Shown here: positions 39,101 to 50,304 of the stretch, piece after piece
How positions within the stretch are numbered: the stretch's first letter is position 1
Layout: each line of letters starts with the position of its first letter
Assembly (NCBI GenBank): GCA_028534125.1
Contig: CM052818.1
Span: 8,124,001-8,188,000 of the forward strand
DNA length: 64,000 bases
Direction of reading: 5' to 3'
Origin: Lama glama
Taxonomy: Eukaryota
Position numbers and translations under genes: made by a program
The notes under the pieces: model-generated
What the model saw: only the letters and a program-made list of their open reading frames with translations
Told to the model about the DNA's origin: nothing
Database searches by the model: none

Positions 39101-40170
39101 TTGATGTTATTACCACAATTTCCTGAAGGCCTTGATGATGGTTAGCAGTTTTTAGCAATGAAGCATTTTTAAACTGTGTACATTTTTTACACCTAATGCT
39201 ATTGTACACTCAAGAGATTACAGCATGGTGTAAACATAAATTTTATATGCACTCGGAAACCAGAAAATTCTTGTGACTTGCTTCATTGCCATATTAACTT
39301 TATTGTGGTGGTCTGGACCCAGACCCACAGTATCTCCAGAGTGTGCCTGTAATCCATTGTATAAAATAGGGTGCCTTGAGTCCATACTGATACAAGTAAG
39401 TACCTAAGTAAATAAATAAAGCCATTTAATAAATACAAAAGGAGTGACAGAATGAGGAAATCACAATTTGGAAAACATCATAGTAATAGGTGAATAAAGT
39501 AAGAATCATAAGTGGATGGTATAACTGAGAAAAACTTCCATGAGATACAGGATATTATTTACATAGTCTCAAAATATTTCCCCACAATATATGTATTAAT
39601 TACAAAAAGAAAAAGAGCAACTTTCCAGTTGAGAAGGCTGGTAGACACCATATTAATCAAATGATCAAAATGGAAAAAATAAAAACAATTTGCTACCTTA
39701 CATATTATAGTAAGAATATGACAGCCCTTCTGTGGCATTCTTGCAAAAAAAAAAAAAGTACATAATCTGAATCTAATCATGTGGAAACACCAATTGAACC
39801 CAACCTGAGGGACATTCTAATAACTAAGTTATACTCTTCAAAAAATTGCAAGTTCACATAAGTGAAAAGAAGATTAAAGAACAATTTTATACTAAAGGAG
39901 ACTAAAGAGACATAGCAACTAGTCTATGAGAAATGGAGCTTTGTGATATGAAGACCATTACTGGAACAACTGTTGCAATGTCAGTGATTAAGGAGGAATA
40001 ATGTTATCAATGTTAATTTCATGATTATGATTATTATGAAAATGTCATAATTTGTAGGAAATAAACACTAGAGTGGTCAAGAGTGTGTTGGCAACTTACT
40101 CTCAAATGATTCAGAAAAAAAAATCTTTCTACTGTACTTGAAACTTTTCTGTAACTCTGAGATTATTTAA
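36140..40170 (+). mobile_element. ancient L1M/L1MC: 5' region, ORF1, ORF2 start and L1MC-type 3'UTR
   Basis: ccacttccagctaatgg 5' end; ORF1-like A-rich sequence; attacattaagttcacattaactgg...; L1MC-like 3'UTR 39360-40170. Confidence 0.7.
38870..39349 (+). mobile_element. Tigger1-derived element
   Basis: cattttattgcacctcactttatt ... gtggtctggacccagacccacagtatctccagagtgtgcctg|ta. Confidence 0.85.
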
Positions 40171-41274
40171 ATTTTTTACTGTTGTCACAGATCTAGACTG
40201 TATGCTTTCTTTAGGTAGAAGCTGTATGGTATTTCTGTTGGTCATAGAAATGCTGCTTTTAATCCTGTCTATGAGACTTTATTGTGCTTTTGAAAATTCA
40301 GGTCTCCTCTCCAACCTAATTATTACTGTGGCTTAAAATCTACTCATTTACTATCCAAGATTGCTTCTCTGACCCCATGTTGGAAGGCACAAGGATGAGT
40401 ATGCTTTCTGAACTTTTTAATACTGGCATCCCTAATTACCTTGGCCATTGGCATAGGATCAGTTGGAATGTCAAGTGTGTGCCATTTGATAATGCTATAA
40501 AAAAAAAAAAAGACCTATAGCTTCTGCTCTCCCGCCATCTGCACCTTCCCTTGGCAGGATACTGTTGGGTAGTTTGACTCTCATTGGCATGATTTCTGTA
40601 GCGTGTCTTACATCTGCCACTCCGAGGCACTTACTCGGTGAATCAAGTTGACATAAAATAGCTTCTCTGGCACTGTTTTTATTTAGAAGAGTTTTATACC
40701 TGCTAACTTCTGAAGCAAGGATTACCATTTACTATATACATAATTGTAATTATAAATATTATGAATATAGAATTTTCTGACCTCTAATGACTCAAACCTA
40801 TCTTGGACTTCTAAGTTCATATCTTCCCACTCAGAAGCCTCTACTCTGAAGAATTAACTTCTAAACGAAATGTACCTCTTTTATTTTAAGACACTGGATT
40901 GAGTGTATACATCAACCTCTCCCTCCTGTGCCAAATCTCTAAAAATGGTGGAACCTGTTTGTGTGTGTCTATGTTTTAAATTTATAATTGAAATTCAAAA
41001 CAAGGATACATACAGGACTAGAAGCTGTGAGGAATCCACTGAAAATTCACTGTAAAATCCATAAAATCAGATTGAAAAAAGAAAGCAGAAGCCTGAATGT
41101 TCAGAGAAGACAGCTCCCAAAGTTGGTAGAAGCACCAAAAGTTCTCCGTGCTCTGAGAAAGGGGATACCAGGAATCGGAAAAATGTTCCTGGGCAAGAAG
41201 GGGGAATGATCAGGTTGCAGCAGGGTGAGTGAGTAGAGAAGTCAAAGTAAGTAAATATTGATAAGTGCCACGTA

Positions 41275-41774
41275 NNNNNNNNNNNNNNNNNNNNNNNNNN
41301 NNNNNNNNNNNNNNNNNNNNNNNNNNNNNNNNNNNNNNNNNNNNNNNNNNNNNNNNNNNNNNNNNNNNNNNNNNNNNNNNNNNNNNNNNNNNNNNNNNNN
41401 NNNNNNNNNNNNNNNNNNNNNNNNNNNNNNNNNNNNNNNNNNNNNNNNNNNNNNNNNNNNNNNNNNNNNNNNNNNNNNNNNNNNNNNNNNNNNNNNNNNN
41501 NNNNNNNNNNNNNNNNNNNNNNNNNNNNNNNNNNNNNNNNNNNNNNNNNNNNNNNNNNNNNNNNNNNNNNNNNNNNNNNNNNNNNNNNNNNNNNNNNNNN
41601 NNNNNNNNNNNNNNNNNNNNNNNNNNNNNNNNNNNNNNNNNNNNNNNNNNNNNNNNNNNNNNNNNNNNNNNNNNNNNNNNNNNNNNNNNNNNNNNNNNNN
41701 NNNNNNNNNNNNNNNNNNNNNNNNNNNNNNNNNNNNNNNNNNNNNNNNNNNNNNNNNNNNNNNNNNNNNNNNNN
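41275..41774. other. assembly gap (500 N)
   Basis: N run. Confidence 1.
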
Positions 41775-41930
41775 ATGTTATGATAAATCACAGAGAAAAA
41801 AAGGTGACAATGAGTGTGTATATGTCCACGAATGACTGAAAAATTGTGCTGAACACTGGAATTTGACACAACATTGTAAAATGATTATAAATCAATAAAA
41901 AATGTTTAAAAAAAACAAAAAAAAAGAAAA
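41775..41930 (+). mobile_element. young L1 3' end with poly(A), same type as 31780-31940
   Basis: Shares gaaaaattgtgct..acactggaatttgacaca.cattgtaaaatga.tataaatcaataaaaa with 31868-31931. Confidence 0.85.
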
Positions 41931-41989
41931 GTAAGTTGATATGAACATGTTAAGAATTTAAGAATATTCACCAGAAAAATAGGAATGGA

Positions 41990-42347
41990 TGGTTTTATGA
42001 ACTATGTCCTTTTCTTACAAATCTACATGTTGAAGCTCAAACATAGTCCTTTAAAGATACAATTAAGGTTAAATGAGGCTGTGGAGGTAGAGCCCTAATC
42101 CAGTATGACTGGTGTATTTCTAAGAAGAGGAAGAGACACCAGGGATGCAGGGGAAAGGCCATGTGAGAACACAGCAAGAAGGTGGCCATCTGTAAGCCCA
42201 GGAGAGAGGCCTCAGAAGAAACCAAACCAGTTTGAAGCTTGGTCTTGGACTTCCAGCCTCTAGAACTGTGAGAAAATCATATTTCCATTGTTTAATGTGC
42301 CCAACGTATGGTATTTTGTTGTGGCAGCCTTAGCAGACCAATGCAAA
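41990..42347 (+). mobile_element. MLT1A/B-like MaLR LTR
   Basis: gagccctaatccagtatgactggtg...ttggacttccagcctctagaactgtgaga...gcagccttagcagacc. Confidence 0.85.
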
Positions 42348-42349
42348 TT

Positions 42350-44130
42350 ACATAATTTTAGAATCAGTAACAGCAAAAATACAAGAAAGCAAACCTGATA
42401 AATTATTAAAAATCAAATAGGAAATAATCAAAAGGAAATACTTAGGGTATGACAAATCAAAAATAAAAAATAAGCTTTGTCAAGATTATGTCTAAATACG
42501 AGTAATTATAATGTTAGTGAATTAAATTCACCTACTGAAAATCGTTAAGATTGGATTTTTAAAATATCCAGTATGATGTGTTGGATGTAAAAACACTCCA
42601 AACCCAAAATAACATAGGAGGGTTCAAATGGGAAAATACATACAAAGAAATGCTGCCCAAACCAAGCATCAGACAAAATCTGAAGACAAAAGGTTAAAAA
42701 GGAAAAAGAGGATGAGGTACTTTAAAAATATGTTCTCAAATTCTTTGATACTCTTCTTTTCAATGATTGGTGCCTTATCCTCTTGTCCCCTTGAATGTGA
42801 GCTGGACCTAGCAACTCACTTCAGTTTCACTTGTGAAACTAGGTAGTAAAATGTGTTGTAGCTTCCTTTTTGCCCCTTTTCTCTCAAAGCACTTGCTCCA
42901 GGGAAAGCTAGCTGCCATGTCATGAGGACATTCAAACTTATGGGGAGGCCAATGCAGTGAGGTACAGATGTGTCTTATGGACAGCCAGTAAAGAACTGTG
43001 GCTGCCAGACCTGTGAATGAGCCTCAGAGCAGGTCCTTCATCCCCAAACCTTCATATGACTGCAACTCTTGCCAGCATCTTGACTGCAGCCTCATGAGAG
43101 ACCCTGAGTCAGAATCACCTAGTGTATCTTCCTGGATTCCTGATCCTCAGAAATTATGATATAATCAATGTTTACTGTTTGAAGCTGCTAACTTTGGAGG
43201 TAATTTGTTATACAGCAATAGATAACTAACACAGAGAGATCCTTTATTATAATATTTTTGATAACAGAAGTACTCCATGAAATAGACACAGCACTACAGA
43301 GCTCCAAAACATATTTTTTAAAAGAAAAGCCTTCAAGGAAAAATTGAAAAATCTACGAAGTGCAGAATGTTAACTTAACTCTTCTCAGAAAGCCATACAC
43401 TGAGAAGGAAAAAAACACTAAGGATATTAAGGATTCTTTCGACATAATTAGAAAACTTGAGCTACTGAAGATACAGTTAATAAACAGAATATACATTATT
43501 AATAAAATAACAAAATCAGTCACAATGATCATATATAAGCCACCAAGAAAATCTCAACAAATCCTAAAAGTTGCTATCATAGAAACATAGAAACCATATT
43601 CAGTGACTTCTGTGCAATAAAAGTTAAAATTAACTATAAAAAAGTCAGACCTGCTAAAAAATAACACGTGCCCCCAAAATTAACAGAACACTTCTTAATA
43701 CTTGGACTGAATGTGATGTCAAAGTGTAAATTATAAATTTTTAAACTTAATGACAGTTAAAATATTACATATCAAGATCTGTGGCTTGAAGCGAAAAAAG
43801 TAATACTCAGAAGAAATTTCATAGCCTTAAATTCATTATTTTAAAAAATGAGTGAAAATAAATGACCTGTGCTTTTATCTCAAAGAGGGCAGAGAAAGGC
43901 AAATAAATCCAAAAACTGTACAGAAGTGAAATTAATGAAATAAAAGAATAAATTAAATCAGAATTTTAAAAACAGAATTTCTCAATAAAATCAAAGCCAT
44001 TTTTTAGAAAATAACCTGTAAGACAATAGTTTGGAAAACTATGATCAAGGCACGAAAAAGACAAACATAGCATTAGGGTTAAAAAGGACGTAACTACATC
44101 AGAGGAAATTTGTTTTTAAATAAGAATATA
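42350..44130 (+). mobile_element. ancient L1M ORF2 fragments
   Basis: gtaattataatgttagtgaattaaattc; tactcagaagaaatttcatagccttaaa. Confidence 0.6.
42720..43233 (+). mobile_element. MLT1E/F-like MaLR LTR
   Basis: ttgactgcagcctcatgagagaccctgagtcagaatcacc...tacagcaatagataactaacaca. Confidence 0.8.
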
Positions 44131-45046
44131 CTATTAATTTTATTTTGAATTTACTATAGTGGATAAAAAGCAAAGGGAATAAAATAATGAACTGCCATAT
44201 ACCAGTCACCTAACTTCAACAATCGTCTGTACATGACCAGCTTTCATTTATATCTCCGACTACCTTACATTCCTATTTTAGATTATTTTGAAACATCGTA
44301 TTATTTTACTTTAAATCCTTCAGTATATGTCTCTGAAAGGTGAGGTTTTCTTTTTTTAAGAAACATCAACACAACTGTATCACATCCAAGAAAATTCCCT
44401 TTGTTTCTTAATATCAGGTAATCCAATTGTGTTCAGATTTGTTATTTCCTGAAATATTTATTTAAAAAATCTAAAAGGTAGTTGGAAATCAGAGTCATCA
44501 GGGTCCAACATTACATTTAGTTGATATGTCTCAGGGATCTGTTTTAATCTGAGTTCCAGCTACCTCTCTTTTCTCCACTTGTTTTGCACTTTTTAACATG
44601 TTTCTCTGTCTCCTGTATTTCCTGTAAACCGCGAGTTCATTTGGGTCTGTTTGAAGTGACCATTTTTTCTCCTGGTTAGGGTCACATTTTCTTAGTCCTC
44701 ATATCTAGTATATCTTTATTGGAAGCTAGATTGTATGAATTCTGTGTTGTTGAGTGGTGGACTTTGTTGTATTCCTTTGAAGAGTGTATGGATAATATTT
44801 CTGCATTCATGTTTACCTATGGAAATCCCTTCAGGTTGGCTCCTGAGTTCTATTAGGGTGACCCCAGTAATACTGATATCTTCCTTGTCTTCTTGTATGA
44901 TAAGGTGCCCCCAATCTGGAATCAGCCGTCTTTCTAAGTAATTCTTATTTCTTTAGTAGCAAATGGCCACTAAAGTTCACAGGTTGGGTGCTAGGGTGCT
45001 TATTTCTACTCAGTTTCTCATTGTTTTCCAGGGGAAGCACTAGAAC

Positions 45047-45262
45047 AACGATGGGCAAAATTTTTTTGTAAAGAGTCAGATTTTTTAGGCTTTGTGGGCT
45101 GTGTAGTTTCTGTCACAACTATTCAGCTCTACTACTGTAGCTTGAAAGCAGACACAGGCAGTATGTAAACAAATGAGTACGGTTATGTTTTAATAAAACT
45201 TTATTTACAAAAACTGGTCATAGGTTGGATTTAGTTAACAGGCTGTACTTTGCTGACCTCTC
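45047..45262. mobile_element. MER58A-like hAT MITE
   Basis: ggcaaaattttttgtaaagagtcag...ttaggctttgtgggc...aataaaactttatttacaaaa...ctttgctgacct. Confidence 0.85.
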
Positions 45263-46759
45263 ATATAGAAAATGGTTTCAGATATTATTCCTAATTATTC
45301 CTAGTAGTATGATTATGAAAACATTCCAAGATTTCTTTGCAATTCCTTTTGCCGTAGAGTGTCCCACAAGGGATAAAACACGTCTCCATTTTGAAGTGAC
45401 TTGAAATAACTTTTTCATATAGTTGTACCACTAGTTTGAAATACTAAGTTCATCAACTTTGATTTTGATATCTGAGGAATACTTTTTATTTTTCTTTAAT
45501 TTTATTTATAATTATGTAAGAATGGCTCTAAAATCAGATTGTTCAAAATGGTACATTCAATGAGGTTTAGCTTCAATCTGTTTTCTTCACATTGTTCCCT
45601 TCCTTCTCCTTTAGGTTGTTACTTTTGGTTTATCCCTCATTTACAGACTACATATATACACACATACACACAAACACATATGCATATATATTCATCTATA
45701 CTTGTTTTTTTTTAAAGTAATCTGTTTTAGTAACATACTTAACACATTGTTTGGCAACTTGATTTTTTGTTTAATATCCTGGGAATTACTCCATAGCAGT
45801 ATATAGAACAATCAGAAGTCTTTTAAAGATTATGATAATATATACAACAGTGCAATAAACATGAAAACTTAGTGAATATGAATACTCACCTAGAAAACAT
45901 AACTGATTAAAAATGACACACTAAATAAATAAGTTTAAATACACCAGTAGCCCCAAACAGAAAATTCAAACAAGTCAAAAATGGGACACCTGAAAAGAAT
46001 CAGTAGCTTTATGAATTCTATGAAAAATTCAAAAACGTGTAATTTTCAAAAACTTAATTCAAACATGAAATGTATCATTCCAAGTAAATTCTTCACTTGG
46101 TAACAAAATATCAATTCTTCCCATATATTTTCATTTAAAATAATTATTCATTGTTCTTATATAACAAGGATTATTTATGTAGACATTTATGTATACATTA
46201 AGAACTGATTACTAAATTTATATCAATATAACTAAGAGATAAATTATTTAATATACTTCCTTAAGTTACTTTTTCCTCAAACCTATAAAATATGAAATAT
46301 ATAAAATATTAACACATTATGATAAGTAATTTATTCCTGACTCTTAAAGCTTCTTTTTAACCAGATTTGTCCAATGAAAAGAAATGTTATTTTTAAATAT
46401 TATTTTTAAAGTGGCTCATTTTTATGAATATTTTTCTGAAAACTTGCTTTTAAGTTAGTAACACTTCCATAATAAAACCATTCACTAACTAGGTGACCCT
46501 GGTTGGATAGCAGTAGAGTTTGGGATTTAGCAATATACCTTTCAAATTTATTGTCATGTATATGTCCACTTAGATTGTTACGTGCTATTTTAATCTTATA
46601 TAATAAGTCTCCAAAAAGAGACCAACAAAACAAAAAAAGACTGTAGAACTTACAATGTCTCCCTTTGCCATGTGTCCCAGACACATGATTCTGAACAACT
46701 AAGCATGCTACAGTAGCCCTCACTGTTAACTAGTATTTGAAAACCTTGATGGAGGGGCA

Positions 46760-47328
46760 TAGGGGTAGATCCATGTTTTATAGGGCTTGAAGCTTATACT
46801 TCTTAATACAAGTGATTTGATGGACCTAGAGAATATTATGCTTAGTGAAATAAGTCAGAGAGGGACAAATACTGTATGTTATCACTTATATGTGGAATCT
46901 AAAAAATTAAAGAAACCAGTGTATATAACAAAACAAAAACAGACTCACAGATACAGAAAACAAGCTAGTGGCTACCAGTATGGAGAGGAAAGTAGGGAGG
47001 GGCAAGATAGGGGTATGGGATGAAGAAACACAAACTACTATGTATAAAAACAGGTAAACAACAAGGATATACTATACAGCACAGGAACGGCAGCCATTAC
47101 TTTGTAGTAACTTTAAATGGAGTAAAATCTATGAAAATACAGAATCACTATGCTGTATACCTGAAACTAATATAATACTGTAAATCAACTGTACTTCAAT
47201 TTAGAAAAAAAAATGAAAAAAGAAAAATAGTTTAACATTTCAAGTACAAAAGTAGGTACTGGAAAGGACCTATACAAATAAGAGGCAGAGAAGCTTAAGC
47301 TTCATTAACTGTATTGAATTAACCTCTG
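46760..47328 (-). mobile_element. MER69/Arthur-like hAT-Tip100 MITE split by an L1 3' end
   Basis: Left half aggggtagatccatgttttatagggcttgaagcttatac; right half gaagcttaagcttcattaac...aacctctg. Confidence 0.6.
46812..47225 (+). mobile_element. 5'-truncated L1 3' end
   Basis: MDLENIMLSEISQ; 3'UTR ending aaatcaactgtacttcaatttagaaaaaaaaa. Confidence 0.9.
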
Positions 47329-48291
47329 CATCTGACACATAGTAAACATTCCATAATAACTTGTGGAATAATTTTTGATTAAAGTATTGATTAAATTTGA
47401 AGTCAGAATGAGTAGAAGGGTGTGACTATTCTGTCAGTTGTCTCCTGCAGTGTATTTAATATAGTATGATTTAACAGTACCTTACTTAGCCTTAGTCTCA
47501 ACCAGCTTTAATGCATGTCCTGTATTTCTTTATGTGCTAGCCTAGTCAGGGAAAAGACATGAAAATGAAATATAAACTCTGTGGCTTTTATTTTCTTGAC
47601 TTATTTAGAATATGACCATTTCCAGGGAATATGAATATTTAATTGTACATATTCCAACATTTAAACTAAATTCCAACACTAAAACTAAAAATTAAAAAAA
47701 TGCAGCTAGAGGATAGCCAGTTGGGAGATGATTTAGATATGTCTTGCATCAGACACTGAAGATTCATGAACTCTGTCAAACTGAGGAGCATGGAGTTAAG
47801 AGGTATACTTTCTACTGCATTTTGCTAAAAACTACACTCAGATATATGAATAGTGAGAAGGCCCACAGGAAGATTAAGAAATGAAAACCTCCATTGTACA
47901 GAAAGACTGTCAACTCAAGAACTGTAAAACCTCATTACCCTCTTCAAATTAATGACCCCAGTCCCCTATAACAACTGAAAAATAGAGTAGAAACTCCAGA
48001 ATTAAGGAAGAATGAGTGAGAGACACATAGGAAATGTTCCAGAAATAATTTGTGAACCACAGATCTTACAGCCAAACTTACATCACTGTTAAACATAAAG
48101 TACTACTAACATGAGTAACTCACAAAGAAAATGGGTATTTTTTAATGGGTATGTTTCTTTTTCTTTGGTTTATATACTTACATATTAGTGCTATTATATA
48201 GTCTTAATAATACCTAGAATAAGTCTTAGATAGTCTCTATCATTTACTGTGACATAAGAATTTAAAGATCAAGCTGTCAAGTTCCATGAAA

Positions 48292-48839
48292 AACCTTGAG
48301 GGGATTTTGATTGGAATTCCACTGAATCTTACAGATTATTAGGAGTCAGAATTGTTATCTTTATGGTCTTTCCAGCCATAAGCAGGTGCATGTCTGTATT
48401 TTTATCAGGTGTTCATTTGTGTCACTCAGTAATGACTGGTAATTTCTTCTCAAACGTATTGCATATCTTTTGCTTATTTTCAGTGAAGAATCACATACAA
48501 ATTTTGCTAGAGAAAAGAACATAGGAAAAAAGCTACCTAACTTACTTTATAAGACTAGGATAACCTTGAGGGGATTTTGATTGGAATTTCACTGAATCTT
48601 ACAAATAATTTGGAGTCAGAATTGTTATCTTTATGGTCTTTCCAGCCATAAGCAGGTGCATGTCTGTATTTTTATCAGGTGTTCATTTATGTCACTCAGT
48701 AATGACTGGTAATTTCTTCTCAAACGTACTGCATATCTTTTGCTTACTTTCAGTGAAGAATTACATACAAATTTTGCTAGAGAAAAGAACATAGGAAAAA
48801 AGCTACCTAACTTATTTTATAAGACTAGGATAACCTTGA
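48292..48839. repeat. 270-bp tandem duplication
   Basis: 48292-48561 versus 48562-48831: 9 substitutions counted, no indels; AACCTTGA at all three boundaries. Confidence 0.97.
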
Positions 48840-49259
48840 TAGCAATTGAGCACTTGTTAGCAGTCAAGTGCAAGTAAAGTCATAGACTTTAGTTAATTAA
48901 GAACATAGATGCACTTATATAATATTGTACAGCAACTATACTGCAGTAGAAAAAATGTAGGTACAAAAGTCTTAAATAAGACACTAGCAAATTAAATACA
49001 GGAATATATCTTTTGGAAATTATTGCTCATTTCTTCATTGAATATAAGGATCTAGTATGAAAGTATCATGACACTGTGGCATTAAAAAAACAAGAACATA
49101 ATTTTTTCAATTGATGTACATTTAAGTTGCTTCTGATTTTTCATTATTTTAAGTATTGCTATCACCAGTCTTGGACATACCTTGTTAACATTATTTCCTT
49201 AGGAAGATTTGCCCAGAGTGTATCTATGCAAATTTTAAATTCTGATGTATTGTTAAATA

Positions 49260-50011
49260 TGGAATCATCAAACATTTTCAGTGAAGGGCCAAATAGCAAA
49301 CATAATATATGCTTGTAGGCCAAGGGCAAAATTGAGGTTATTATATAGGTACTTCTATATAACGAGAGAGAAAACAAATTTCCATAAATATTTACTGATA
49401 AAACTGAAAATATAGTAATTGAGTATAATTTTCACAATACAGGTCTACAAATGTGAATAATGGAATTCTTTTGGAGGGGATAACATTTCACTTAATTAGG
49501 GTTGAAAGGTGGTCTTCCTTATCAACAAAATCAATTGCAAATGTTTATCTGTTAATGCTGAACTATGGTGAGGTTTTATGTATTTCACCTTTACAGATTT
49601 CTTTCCTTATAGATAGGTACTGCCAAATATTGATATCAATACATGAGCGTATTCACTGATCAGAAGGCATTTTTAGAATTCTAGCTAAATGGCTAGACTG
49701 CCTTTTAACATGTCATTACACTGCAAATTAATCATTAATCATTTCCAGTTAAAGTGCTTTAATTTGCACAGTTAAATAGACTTTGGAATATGGAAATTTC
49801 CTTTGCACTTGTATCAAGATTGAAAAATGCTGCTGTCGATTGAAATATATTGCTGGAAATTTGTGTAGGAACGGAAATCTCACTTTTTTTTTTCCTTTTG
49901 ACAGTGCAGGAAGTGTATAATACAACCTGACATTACTTGCAAGTCAAACAATGTTAGTTCTCACTGAAATAACTTTATCACAATATAAGTTTCACACATG
50001 AGTCTGTTTTT
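49260..50011 (-). mobile_element. hAT-Charlie (MER58C/Cheshire-related) transposase remnant, left piece
   Basis: MER58C-like terminus; minus-strand translation from 49642 VLISIFGSTYL*GKKSVKVKYIKPHHSSALTDKHLQLIL, a hAT dimerisation domain. Confidence 0.8.
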
Positions 50012-50304
50012 TCCCCTTTTTAAGTTTTATTAGGTAGAATTATTACAGTTTGACTACACTATACATTATATTGCATGTAAATACATATATACAATATACT
50101 GCACATATTGTTTTTTAGTTTACATATATGTTCTGATCATTGTTTCTAAGAACAGATTAGAGCTTTAGCTTTTTAAACTTACATAGTTATCAAAGGAATA
50201 AAGCCAACCACAAAATAAGAATGAACAGAATGTGGTAATCTAATCATAAAGGACAGTCAAATGTGCTTACACATATTCAAGAAATCAATCATATAAGTTA
50301 CGAA

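Noticed and set aside
41210..41869. 172-219 aa ORFs
   Set aside because: Artefacts of the 500-N gap; the same applies to the ORFs over 31680-31779
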